Assembly (NCBI GenBank): GCA_002691145.1
Contig: NZHE01000026.1
Span: 114,546-178,545, forward strand
DNA from: Rickettsiales bacterium
GTDB taxonomy: Bacteria > Pseudomonadota > Alphaproteobacteria > Methylaequorales > Methylaequoraceae
Reading direction: 5' to 3'
DNA length: 64,000 nucleotides
Within the stretch, counting starts at the first letter, position 1. Each line of letters starts with the position of its first letter. Of this stretch, positions 9,495-19,699 are shown one piece after another. The notes under the pieces are model-generated. The model saw only the letters and a list, made by a program, of their open reading frames with translations. It had not been told where the DNA came from and searched no databases. The position numbers were made by a program, and so were the translations under genes.

Positions 9495-9878
9495 TTATTT
9501 GTCATTTTTTTTCTTGTAGTCGTTAACTGCAGCTTTAATTGCATCTTCTGCGAGTACAGAGCAATGAATCTTAACTGGAGGCAAAGCCAAATGCTGGGCA
9601 ATTTCTGTATTTTTGATTTTGTTGGCTTCGTCAATATTTTTTCCTTTTACCCACTCTGTAATTAATGAACTCGATGCGATTGCCGAACCACATCCAAATG
9701 TTTTAAATTTAGCATCTTCAATAACGCCATCGTCGTTCACCTTAATTTGGAGTTTCATAACATCTCCGCATGCTGGAGCTCCAACTAAACCAGTTCCAAC
9801 CTTTTCATTGTCCTTGTCCATTGAACCAACATTTCTAGGTTTTTCGTAATGATCTAATAATTCTTTACTGTACGCCAT
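9495..9878 (-). CDS. iscU: Fe-S cluster scaffold IscU
   Basis: 'GAPACGDVMKL', 'FKTFGCGSAIASSS', 'LPPVKIHCS' – canonical IscU. Confidence 0.95.
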   Translation of the reverse strand: MAYSKELLDHYEKPRNVGSMDKDNEKVGTGLVGAPACGDVMKLQIKVNDDGVIEDAKFKTFGCGSAIASSSLITEWVKGKNIDEANKIKNTEIAQHLALPPVKIHCSVLAEDAIKAAVNDYKKKNDK

Positions 9879-9906
9879 TTGAGTGTCTCCTATGTTTGAG
9901 TTTTAG

Positions 9907-11136
9907 TTAGTGTTCTGCCCATTGTATTTTACTAATATCAATTCCCTCTTGGGCCATTTCCCATAAAGGACTTAATTTTCTTAACCTCGTTACTTCTTTT
10001 ACTATAGAACTAAGTGCAAGATCAACTTCTTTTTCAGTTGTAAACCTTCCAAATCCAATTCTCAGACTTGTATGAGCAAGTTCCTCTTCGACACCAAGCG
10101 CTCTTAATACATAAGAAGGTTCTAAAGAAGATGAAGTGCATGCAGAACCAGAAGAAACCGAAAGGTTTTTAATTCCCATCATTAGAGATTCACCTTCTAC
10201 ATAAGCAAAGCTTAAATTTAAATTTCCGGGGATTCTTTTTTTATCACAACCGTTAAGAAATACATCTTTACATGCTTTGTTAATTCCATCTAAAAATTTA
10301 TTTCTGTAATATTCAAGCTTCTTTCTTTCATCATCCATTTCATTCAGACAAATTTTACAAGCCTCACCAAGTCCAATACATAATGCGGGAGATAAAGTAC
10401 CTGATCTCATGCCTCTTTCCTGACCACCTCCACTCATCATTGCTTTTATTCTAATCCTGGGCTTTCTTCTCACATACAATGCTCCTATCCCTTTGGGTCC
10501 ATATATTTTATGTCCTGAAATACTCATCAAATCAATGTTCATATCGTTGACATCTAATTTAATTTTTCCGATAGCTTGAGCGCAATCGGTGTGAAAGAAA
10601 ATTTGATTTTTTCTACAAAGCTCGCCAATCTCTTTGATTGGTTGAATTACACCAATTTCGTTGTGAACAGCCATTATTGAGACAAGCAAAGTATCATCTC
10701 TGATGTTTTTTTCTAAAAGCTTTAAATCAATAAGCCCATTCTGATTAACAGGTAAATAAGTAATTTCAAATCCAGATTCGTTTAAAGAACGACATGATTC
10801 TAAAACACACTTATGTTCTGTTACACACGTTATAATGTGTTTTTTTTTATCACCATAAAAATCGGCAACACCCTTTATAGCTAAATTATTTGATTCAGTT
10901 GCACCTGACGTAAAGACAATCTCTTTTGGGTTAGCGTTGATGATTTTAGCAACTTGCTCACGAGCCATTTCTGTAGCTTCTTCCGCTTCCCAGCCGAAGG
11001 AATGATTTCGTGAATGCGGGTTTCCAAACTTTTCACCAAAGTAAGGTAACATTTTGTTTAAAACTCTTGGATCGAGTGGTGTAGTTGCTTGGTAATCTAA
11101 ATAAATGTTCTTTGATAGTTTCATTAACCTAACCAT
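9907..11136 (-). CDS. iscS: Cysteine desulfurase IscS
   Basis: PLP-lysine '[12 protein letters not shown]' and active-site loop 'SSGSACTS'. True start is probably the internal '[16 protein letters not shown]'. Confidence 0.95.
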   Translation of the reverse strand: MVRLMKLSKNIYLDYQATTPLDPRVLNKMLPYFGEKFGNPHSRNHSFGWEAEEATEMAREQVAKIINANPKEIVFTSGATESNNLAIKGVADFYGDKKKHIITCVTEHKCVLESCRSLNESGFEITYLPVNQNGLIDLKLLEKNIRDDTLLVSIMAVHNEIGVIQPIKEIGELCRKNQIFFHTDCAQAIGKIKLDVNDMNIDLMSISGHKIYGPKGIGALYVRRKPRIRIKAMMSGGGQERGMRSGTLSPALCIGLGEACKICLNEMDDERKKLEYYRNKFLDGINKACKDVFLNGCDKKRIPGNLNLSFAYVEGESLMMGIKNLSVSSGSACTSSSLEPSYVLRALGVEEELAHTSLRIGFGRFTTEKEVDLALSSIVKEVTRLRKLSPLWEMAQEGIDISKIQWAEH

Positions 11137-11298
11137 ATTTGTTTATATACAATATAGTACTTGTTTTTAACTTTTCCATAAAAATCCACAGTCTTTTTCT
11201 ATTTATCATACTTTTTTTAAACTATTATTTAATCTCATTTTGTTGCATGTTAATTAAATCAAAAATTCAAATAAATTATTTAACTTTACGCCCTGGAT

Positions 11299-12060
11299 TC
11301 ACCTTAATTTTTTTTCTCTACTAGATTTGCTAATTATAATATTTTCTAGATCACTCCTTTTTTTTGCTAAATAGTCGATATCACTCTCAATAGAACTAAT
11401 TTTTCGTTCAAGCTCGTAGAATTCATTCAATAATGCAATAATACTTTTTTTATTAGGATCATCAATTTTTCCCTCAACAATCCCATAAGGATCAAAATTT
11501 CCGGGTACATTGACTTTGTTTACCCTTCTAGCAGGAACTCCAATAAAAGTCTCGTTATCTGGAACATCCTTAAGAACAACTGCATTAGAACCAATTCTAG
11601 CGTTTTTTCCAATTGAAATTGGACCTAAAATTTGTGCCCCTGAGCCAACAATAACTCCATCTTTTAAAGTTGGATGCCTTTTTGTTTTGGCTTGATTTTT
11701 TGAGTTTATCGACGGAGATATACCACCTAGAGTTACTTGCTGATACATTGTTATATTTTTCCCAAGTAATGCAGTTTCTCCGATTACTAAGCCTGCACCA
11801 TGATCAATAAAAAAGGATTCATCAATTCTTGCACCTGGATGTATTTCAATAGAAGTAATGATTCTAAATATATTACTCACAAATCTTGCAATTAACTTTA
11901 GTTTAATTTTCCACAAAAAGTGAGATAATCTGTAAGCTATAACTGCATGAAAACTTGAATAGGTAAGAATTATTTCTAAATAAGAATTTGCTGCTGGATC
12001 TCTATATCGAGCTGCTTTTAAATCACTAAGTATTAATCTAAAAATATTTTTTTTTGACAT
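11299..12060 (-). CDS. cysE: Serine O-acetyltransferase
   Basis: SATase N-domain 'RDPAANSYLEIILTYSSFHAVIAYRLSHFLW' followed by hexapeptide repeats 'IHPGARIDESFFIDHGAGLVIGETA...'. Confidence 0.85.
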   Translation of the reverse strand: MSKKNIFRLILSDLKAARYRDPAANSYLEIILTYSSFHAVIAYRLSHFLWKIKLKLIARFVSNIFRIITSIEIHPGARIDESFFIDHGAGLVIGETALLGKNITMYQQVTLGGISPSINSKNQAKTKRHPTLKDGVIVGSGAQILGPISIGKNARIGSNAVVLKDVPDNETFIGVPARRVNKVNVPGNFDPYGIVEGKIDDPNKKSIIALLNEFYELERKISSIESDIDYLAKKRSDLENIIISKSSREKKLR

Positions 12061-12134
12061 AAATTAGTATTTATAATAAACATACTCTTAAATCATTAAC
12101 TTATTATATCTGACCAAATTAGTCAAGTTTTCGT

Positions 12135-12773
12135 ATGCCCGAAATATTAATCAACGGCCCTGTCGGTAGAATTGAATCAAGATATACGCATAGTGTGAAA
12201 ACGAATTCACCAACAATGTTAGTTTTACACGCTCATCCCGGTCACGGGGGTAATATGGATAATCATTTATCAGTGTTACTGCATAAGAATTTTTCTGACC
12301 TTGGTTTTTCAACTTTGAGATTTAACTTTAGAGGAGTTGGTAAATCAGATGGAGAGCACGATGGTAGTGAGGGTGAGTTGGCAGACTCTGCTATTGCTCT
12401 TGATTGGATACAAGGTCAAAACGAAAGCTCCAATGAGCACTGGATATGTGGAATATCCTTTGGTGCATGGATAGGAATGCAGCTTTTAATGAGAAGACCT
12501 GAGATAACAAAATTTATATTAATAGGACCGCCAGCTGGGAAATATGACTTTAATTTTCTTGCACCTTGCCCATCCTCTGGCCTCGTTTTTTCAGGAGATA
12601 AAGATTCTTTGATTGATCATGATACACTTAAGGATCTCATAAAAAAACTTAATGAGCAAAATAACATAAATGTAACACACGAAATTGTTAAAAACTCAAA
12701 TCATTTTTTTCTTAATCAAGAAAATTCTGTCATAAATAAAATTAATAACTACATCAAAATTAATAAGACTTAA
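12135..12773 (+). CDS. Alpha/beta-hydrolase fold protein (esterase-like)
   Basis: 'LVLHAHPGHGGN' oxyanion region and nucleophile elbow 'GISFGAWIG'. Confidence 0.6.
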   Translation: MPEILINGPVGRIESRYTHSVKTNSPTMLVLHAHPGHGGNMDNHLSVLLHKNFSDLGFSTLRFNFRGVGKSDGEHDGSEGELADSAIALDWIQGQNESSNEHWICGISFGAWIGMQLLMRRPEITKFILIGPPAGKYDFNFLAPCPSSGLVFSGDKDSLIDHDTLKDLIKKLNEQNNINVTHEIVKNSNHFFLNQENSVINKINNYIKINKT

Positions 12774-13893
12774 AAACTAATTCACCGCATACAGTTGGTT
12801 TTTGAACACCAGTTGTTCCTGGAAATGTGGAAGGAAGAGATATAATTTTTCTGATAGCTAGATATGCAAATGCTTGAGATTCAACAAAGTCAGAATTCCA
12901 ACCATATTTATCTGAAACAATGACTTTTTTTAGTTTTTTCGATAAGATATTCATTAAAAATAGGTTTTTAGAGCCTCCGCCACAAATTATCCATTCATCA
13001 ATTTCTTCTTTAAAAAAAACTTTTGATAATTCAATAATTTTGGCAGTAAAATAAGTAAGTGTACATATTAAATCATAATTAATAGTTTTGTTTTTAGGTA
13101 ATATTTTATCTATTAAAATATAATCACTTAAATTGAAAAAAAAGTTATCAAACGATTTTGGGATTTTCTTTTTGATAAAAGATTTATTTAACCAAATATT
13201 GAGTAGTTTAGGTATTAAATTACCTTTCGAACCATTTTTTCCCTCATAGTCTAAAGATTTTTTAAATGCAATTTCACTAAATTTATCAATAAGAACATTT
13301 CCTGGACCAATGTCTGAAGAAATCAGAATATTTTTCTTACCAAGGAATGTTATATTAGTTATTCCACCAATATTTACTATAGCTCTTGTAATTTTAGAAT
13401 CTTTAAAAATAGCCTTATGAAAAATTGGAACTAGAGGAGCACCCTGCCCACCATTTTTAATATCACTATTTCTAAAATTAAATACACATCGAGTTTGAAA
13501 ATACTTACTTAAAAAATCCCCAGAGCCTACCTGAAGTGATATTTTTTTGTTTGGATTATGGTAAATAGTATGACCATGTAACCCTATTACATCTAGATTT
13601 GAAATAGAAAAATTAAATCTTTTGCAAAAATCCAATATTTTATTTTTTACAAAGATGTTAAATTTATCTTCCAATTTTAAATAATTGATATTTTTGCTAA
13701 TATTCTCTGTATTACCTTTATTTACAAAAGTTATAAAATTTTTGATTTCAATTTCTAAATTTTTTGGGTATTTATAAGTTATGTCATTTATTGAGTCTAC
13801 AATCTTATCACCATCAGAGTTGATTAATGATATGTCTATGCCATCCATAGAAGTTCCACTCATAATACCCATTGAGGTAAATAATTTTCTCAT
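12760..13893 (-). CDS. anmK: Anhydro-N-acetylmuramic acid kinase
   Basis: N-terminus 'GIMSGTSMDGIDISLI' typical of AnmK; ASKHA fold length 377 aa. Confidence 0.8.
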   Translation of the reverse strand: MRKLFTSMGIMSGTSMDGIDISLINSDGDKIVDSINDITYKYPKNLEIEIKNFITFVNKGNTENISKNINYLKLEDKFNIFVKNKILDFCKRFNFSISNLDVIGLHGHTIYHNPNKKISLQVGSGDFLSKYFQTRCVFNFRNSDIKNGGQGAPLVPIFHKAIFKDSKITRAIVNIGGITNITFLGKKNILISSDIGPGNVLIDKFSEIAFKKSLDYEGKNGSKGNLIPKLLNIWLNKSFIKKKIPKSFDNFFFNLSDYILIDKILPKNKTINYDLICTLTYFTAKIIELSKVFFKEEIDEWIICGGGSKNLFLMNILSKKLKKVIVSDKYGWNSDFVESQAFAYLAIRKIISLPSTFPGTTGVQKPTVCGELVFKSY

Positions 13894-13911
13894 TTTTATT
13901 AATATGAATTT

Positions 13912-15162
13912 ATGAATAAGTCCTTTCTAGAATATCTTAATCAAAGAGGTTTTTACAATCAATGTACAAATTATGAAAATTTTGATTTGTCACTAAAAAA
14001 ACCTTTAGTCGGATATGCAGGTTTTGATTGCACAGCCGATAGTTTGCATGTTGGCTCATTAGTTCAAATTATGTTATTAAGGGCTTTTCAAAAATTTGGA
14101 CATAAACCCATAATTCTTTTAGGCGGAGGAACTTCATTAATTGGAGACCCTTCTGGGAAAGATGAGACAAGAAATATTTTAAATATAAAAACTGTAAACT
14201 ATAATAAAAATAAATTATTGTATCTCTTTAAAAAGTTTATCAATTTCGATAAATCAAGAACTGGTGCAATTCTTGTAGATAATTTTGATTGGATAAAAAA
14301 GATTAATTATTTAGATTTTATAAGAGATATTGGTAGTCAATTTTCTGTTAATAGGATGTTATCATTTGATTCCGTGAAGCTTAGACTTCAAAGAGAACAA
14401 AATTTAAGTTTCTTAGAGTTTAATTACGTTTTAATTCAATCTTATGATTTTCTAGAACTATATAAAAGAATGGAGTGTACTGTTCAATTTGGAGGTTCTG
14501 ATCAATGGGGAAATATAGTATCTGGTATTGAATTGATAAAAAAAAAAAAAAATCAAGAAGTTTTTGGCTTAACCTCACCTCTAATAACAACATCGAATGG
14601 GGGAAAGATGGGAAAAACAAATCAGGGGGCGGTATGGTTGACCTCAGAAAAATTAAGTCCATACGAATATTGGCAATTTTGGAGAAATACTTCAGATTCG
14701 GATGTAATTAGGTTTCTTAAATTATTTACTGAGTTACCAATAGAACAAATAAATAAATTTCAGGAGTTGAAAGGTAAAGATTTGAACGAGGCAAAGATTT
14801 TACTTGCAAATGAGGCTACCAAAATTTGCCATGGAGAAAATAACTCAACAAAAGCATATAATTCTTCGATTAAAATTTTTAATAACAACCAAATTGATGA
14901 ATCAATTCCAGAAAAAAATATTTTTAAAGTTGACTCGAATTATTTAAAAGATGGTTTTATTTTAAAAGAAGCACTTATAAAAATTAATTTTTCAAATTCT
15001 AATGGAGAATCAAAAAGACTGATAATAAATGGTGGAGTAAGGATAAATAACATTAAAATTTCAGATAAGGATTATAAGATAACTGAGTCTGATTTTGGAG
15101 AAGAAAAGAAGATAAAAATTAGTGTTGGTAAAAAAAAATACGGTCTGATAACAATTAATTAG
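13912..15162 (+). CDS. tyrS: Tyrosine--tRNA ligase
   Basis: 'HVGS' (HIGH) and 'KMGKT' (KMSKS) motifs, C-terminal S4-like domain. Confidence 0.9.
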   Translation: MNKSFLEYLNQRGFYNQCTNYENFDLSLKKPLVGYAGFDCTADSLHVGSLVQIMLLRAFQKFGHKPIILLGGGTSLIGDPSGKDETRNILNIKTVNYNKNKLLYLFKKFINFDKSRTGAILVDNFDWIKKINYLDFIRDIGSQFSVNRMLSFDSVKLRLQREQNLSFLEFNYVLIQSYDFLELYKRMECTVQFGGSDQWGNIVSGIELIKKKKNQEVFGLTSPLITTSNGGKMGKTNQGAVWLTSEKLSPYEYWQFWRNTSDSDVIRFLKLFTELPIEQINKFQELKGKDLNEAKILLANEATKICHGENNSTKAYNSSIKIFNNNQIDESIPEKNIFKVDSNYLKDGFILKEALIKINFSNSNGESKRLIINGGVRINNIKISDKDYKITESDFGEEKKIKISVGKKKYGLITIN

Positions 15163-18082
15163 TATCACCTAATTTAATTAAATTTCTAATTATACTTGGT
15201 ACTAAAACTGAAATAGGGTTAAATTCAATTTTCACATCGTCATTAAAATTTTTTATATTAAAAGTTGTAGCTAATATACCCTCCTCTGGAGACCCGATAG
15301 TAATGATATCTCCAATAATTGGTACACTTGTGATTAACGTATTTATTGTGTAAGCGGGCACTAAGGTTCCAGAAACATCAAAATCATTTGTGTGAAGATT
15401 TATTTCACCATTGAAAGTTAACCCAAGATCACTTCCTCTCATCAAACCATTATCCAATAAAATAGTGCCATTTTCAAAAATATAATTGCTTTCTAAAGAT
15501 TCAAAAAAAACACCTCCATCTTTAAGATTTTGCTCTAATCCATCTAAAGAAAAAAGAGTCAAAACTTTTGCAAAGAAAGGTGCATCATAAGCAACCAAAC
15601 TATTTAGAAGAATTTTTCCATTATATGCATTATTTTTTTCAATAGCCTCGACAAAAAGTTTCCCCATTTTGACATTCGGATCAATGTCAAAAAAATTCAA
15701 AAGAGTTTCTCCATTATCAGAGTTAATTTGAAACATTTTTTTTTTATTTTTTTTAAAAATTTTGATGCTGTGATACTCATTATTATCTATAAATTCAAAT
15801 AAAAAATTCTCAAAATACCCCCTTTTCATACTTCCAAAAAAAGTTGGTTTGTAGGCTGATAAATTATTATAGTTTAGTTCATCAATTTTTACTGAAAAAT
15901 CTAGGTTTAAATTATTTTTTCCTTGTTCAACGTTGTCAAAAAAATTCTCAAAGTTGAACTTTTTTCCAGTTATCACAACATCAAATTTTTCATCAGTTTT
16001 TTTTATTTTTGCAGAAAAATCTTGTGTTGGAGAAACGACTTTATTTAAATTTATATTTATTTCGTTATTCTTATTTTTTATAAATTCAGAATCTATCTTA
16101 AAATTCTCAGAATTAATTAAAAAGTTAGATGTATGAGTGTTGAGATTGTAATTTATATTGGATGAAAATATGATTTTACCACTTGAATAATTGTGCTCAT
16201 AATCTAATTTGCTCAATAATCCTGAAAAAGAGCTTAGATCTCCCTGACCAGAAATGTCTATATAATTACCAAGTTTGTCAATAATAATATTGATATTTAA
16301 TGGTATTATGCCATTGGCATTTAAAATGAAGTTATTACTTAAGTCATTGACCAGTAAAGGGTTTAAATCAATAAAAACCTTAATATTTTCTTTTTTTTTT
16401 ACCTCATATAAATTTTCTTCTCCCTCAAATTTAACTTTCATATTCTTTAAAAAACCTCTACCATTATATTTTATTGATTCCTTATTAACTAAAATTGAAA
16501 TATCTGAGTTATTAAGAATGAAGTTACTATAAATATTATTTATTGTTGAATTAATGTAATTTAGTTGCGCAAAATAATTTATTTGTTCCAAACTAAGATC
16601 TAGTAATAATGGAAAATCTAATTTTAAATTTATGGATGGTTCTCCTTGAATAAGTTTAAGCCTTTCAAAATTCGAAATATCAATTGGAGACTCAGATAAA
16701 TAATTCAAAAAATCTACAGAGTTCGATTCTAAATTTAATTCAATGAAAATTTTTTCTATAGATTGGTTCAAATCAGTAATAGTAACAACACTATTTTTTA
16801 AAAGAATTTTCTCTGAAAAACCTTGATCAATATAAAAATTAAGATTTTTTTCATTAAATTCTGCACTACCTGAGATATTTTCAACTTTAGGCATTTGTTC
16901 TTGATATTTTACAGATACATCAAAATAGTCAAATTTTGCACTGAATTTATCAATATCAAAGTAAGAATTTTCTAAAAATGAAAAACTTATTCTTACATTA
17001 TTTAATTGTCCATTAATGTTAGGTTTAATCCAATCAACTGCAGGTGTATTAATTGCATTGGGCCAATATTCTTTTAAATTTTGCATAGAGATGTTATCTA
17101 CATTAAAATTTAATTTTTTACTTACTTTTCTCTCTGTATCAAATAAATAAGTCGTGTTGATTTTTGAAACTTTATCAGTTAAGTTTAGATTTGTGTAAAG
17201 TATGCTTTCATTAAAACTACTCTCAAAATTACCTTCAACAAAGTTTTCTTTATCGATATCATCAATTTTAAAGTTGCAATCAAATAAGATGTTAGAAGAA
17301 AAGTTTGAGATGACAAAATCATTTGAAAATTTTAATTCAGTGTTTCCATTTAAGATTAGTTGCGTAAATTTGAAATATTTAAATTCTTCTATGATTTCTG
17401 GTGGAGGCTCTACTTTGAAATTTTCAAAATTCATTTTTAAATTTAAAAAATTTTCTTTTGAAAATTCAAATGATAAAAACTCATTTTTTTCTTTTTGAAT
17501 TAAACCTTTAAGTTTGTAATCACTCTCTTTTTTTTCAATTTTTAAGTCTATGGGCCCGAAATTTATACTCTTATTATTTACAAAATCTATATTTAAAAAA
17601 GAATTACTAAGTTCAATAATTTCAAAATTATTAAGAAATTTTTCAAGATTCTCATCTTTTTTCTCAAAATAACTCTCAAATAATTTCATATCAAGTTCAT
17701 GAATCGTATTTTTGTAATCTTGAAAGTTTAAGGATAAGTCTGAATCATAAACTTTTAGTATAGTTGGATGAAAAGAACCTTTTAAAAGATTTTTTATGTT
17801 TATACCTAATAATAAATTTGGAATATTAAAGGATTCGCTTTTAATGTCATCAACCAAAATTTCAAACTTTTTTGAAAACTTATTAAAACTAAAGTAAACA
17901 TCCCCAATTTTATTAATTTTATAATTTTCTAAAATATTTTGATTATCGATTATTTCATTAATAAAGTTTATCTTTACAGGTTTTAAACTAACTAATAAAA
18001 ATAGCAAAGCTATTGCTGATGTAAAAAAAAGAAACATCCACGATATAAATTTTGAAATCTTTTTTAATTTTAAAATTTTCAT
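15155..18082 (-). CDS. AsmA/YhdP-family large envelope protein (975 aa, N-terminal TM anchor)
   Basis: N-terminal TM helix, long beta-rich Asn/Phe-rich body, C-terminus '...GSPEEGILATTFNIKNF...' as in YhdP/AsmA_2-type proteins. Confidence 0.55.
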   Translation of the reverse strand: MKILKLKKISKFISWMFLFFTSAIALLFLLVSLKPVKINFINEIIDNQNILENYKINKIGDVYFSFNKFSKKFEILVDDIKSESFNIPNLLLGINIKNLLKGSFHPTILKVYDSDLSLNFQDYKNTIHELDMKLFESYFEKKDENLEKFLNNFEIIELSNSFLNIDFVNNKSINFGPIDLKIEKKESDYKLKGLIQKEKNEFLSFEFSKENFLNLKMNFENFKVEPPPEIIEEFKYFKFTQLILNGNTELKFSNDFVISNFSSNILFDCNFKIDDIDKENFVEGNFESSFNESILYTNLNLTDKVSKINTTYLFDTERKVSKKLNFNVDNISMQNLKEYWPNAINTPAVDWIKPNINGQLNNVRISFSFLENSYFDIDKFSAKFDYFDVSVKYQEQMPKVENISGSAEFNEKNLNFYIDQGFSEKILLKNSVVTITDLNQSIEKIFIELNLESNSVDFLNYLSESPIDISNFERLKLIQGEPSINLKLDFPLLLDLSLEQINYFAQLNYINSTINNIYSNFILNNSDISILVNKESIKYNGRGFLKNMKVKFEGEENLYEVKKKENIKVFIDLNPLLVNDLSNNFILNANGIIPLNINIIIDKLGNYIDISGQGDLSSFSGLLSKLDYEHNYSSGKIIFSSNINYNLNTHTSNFLINSENFKIDSEFIKNKNNEININLNKVVSPTQDFSAKIKKTDEKFDVVITGKKFNFENFFDNVEQGKNNLNLDFSVKIDELNYNNLSAYKPTFFGSMKRGYFENFLFEFIDNNEYHSIKIFKKNKKKMFQINSDNGETLLNFFDIDPNVKMGKLFVEAIEKNNAYNGKILLNSLVAYDAPFFAKVLTLFSLDGLEQNLKDGGVFFESLESNYIFENGTILLDNGLMRGSDLGLTFNGEINLHTNDFDVSGTLVPAYTINTLITSVPIIGDIITIGSPEEGILATTFNIKNFNDDVKIEFNPISVLVPSIIRNLIKLGDTN

Positions 18083-18128
18083 TGATAACTGAATTATATA
18101 AACTTATTTTAAGAATACATCATGTATT

Positions 18129-18602
18129 TTGTTTAAGGAAAAAAATATGAAAGAAAATGAGATAATTAAAGATTTAAAATTATACATTAGCAAAGATAAG
18201 ACACTCACTGAAAATGACCTAAAGGGAAAAAAAAATATTATTTATTTTTACCCTAAAGACGATACGCCAGGTTGTACTAAAGAAGCAATTAGTTTTTCGG
18301 AGCATTTACAAGATTTCAAAGTTCATAATACCCAAATTTTTGGAGTTTCAAAAGATTCTGAAGAAAAACACAACAAGTTTATAAACAAATATAATCTTAA
18401 AATAAATTTAATTTCTGATTTAGACTGCATACTTTGTAAAAAATTTAATGTGTGGGTTGAAAAATCAATGTATGGAAAAAAGTATATGGGAATTGAAAGG
18501 TCAACATTCTTAACTGACGAAAATCTAAAAATTATTAAAGTTTGGAGAAAAGTAAAAGTTTCTGGTCACGTCTCAGATGTTTTAAATTATCTTGAAAATT
18601 AA
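18129..18602 (+). CDS. bcp: Peroxiredoxin Bcp (thiol peroxidase)
   Basis: 'FYPKDDTPGCTKEA' peroxidatic Cys motif. True start probably 'MKENEI' at 18147. Confidence 0.85.
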   Translation: MFKEKNMKENEIIKDLKLYISKDKTLTENDLKGKKNIIYFYPKDDTPGCTKEAISFSEHLQDFKVHNTQIFGVSKDSEEKHNKFINKYNLKINLISDLDCILCKKFNVWVEKSMYGKKYMGIERSTFLTDENLKIIKVWRKVKVSGHVSDVLNYLEN

Positions 18603-18604
18603 TA

Positions 18605-19697
18605 TTACAACTCTTTTAACTGAGATTTTAAAAACCTGTCTATTTTACCATCTAAAACCGACAATACATTTTTTTCCTCATGATTTGTTCTATGATCCTT
18701 AACAAGTTGGTAAGGTTGCATCACATATGACCTAATTTGGTGACCCCACCCTATTTCTGTTTTTTTTTCTTCTTTTTTTTTTCTTTCCTCATCTTCTTTT
18801 TTTAATCTTATTTCGTATAATTTAGATTTTAACATTTCCATCGCAATATTTTTATTTCTGTGCTGAGACCTACTACTCTGGCACTGAACACTAATTTTTG
18901 TAGGAATGTGAGTAATTCTAACTGCACTATCTGTTTTATTGACATGTTGGCCACCAGCTCCACTTGCTCTATAGGTGTCAATTCTAATATCTTTGTCAAT
19001 AATCTCAATTGAAATTGAATTATCGATTTCAGGAAAACAAGATACAGATGCGAAACTTGTGTGCCTTCTAGACTGAGAATCAAAAGGGGATATCCTAACT
19101 AATCTATGGATACCAGATTCATATTTAAGCCATCCATATGATTTGTCTCCAGAAACTTTAATCGTAACAGATTTTAAACCAGCTTCCTCTCCATCTGTTT
19201 GTTCTATAAGTTCAACTTTATAGGATTTAGATTCTGCCCACCTACTATACATTCTCAAAATCATTTCTACCCAGTCTTGAGATTCTGTTCCACCGGCTCC
19301 TGCATGTATTTCTAGAAAACAATTTTTTGAATCTATTTGTCCATTCATAAGAGTCTCTATGTACAAATCGTTCAATTCAAATTGAATTTTAATTAATTCA
19401 GATTCTAATTCCGAAATTAAATTTTGATCGTTTTCTTTTTCAGATAATTGCAATAAATCATTTGTGTCTGAGAATCTTATTTCTAAATTTTCTTTTTTAT
19501 TCAAAAAATTATTAATCGAATTTTTTTGCTTTAAAAAATTATTTAACTTTGTGTGGTCTTTCCAAATAGCTTCCTCTGAAATTTTTCTTTCAATTTCTTT
19601 TAAGTTTTTTTTAATTTCTTTTTTTTCAAACAAACCCCCTTAGGTTTTCAAATAAAACCCCTATTTCGTTAATAATTAATTGAGTTTCAAATTTCAT
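18605..19697 (-). CDS. prfB: Peptide chain release factor 2, expressed via programmed +1 ribosomal frameshift (in-frame UGA at 19628..19626)
   Basis: A 23-codon ORF0 'MKFETQLIINEIGVLFENLRGFV' ends at UGA. It is preceded by the SD-like AGGGGG 3 nt upstream of the shift codon 'GUU UGA A'. The +1 frame continues 'EKKEIKK...' to the GGQ motif 'SGAGGQHVNKTDSAVRITH' and 'SPF' tripeptide-determinant region. The architecture parallels E. coli 'LRGYL-UGA'. Confidence 0.9.
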
Positions 19698-19699
19698 CT

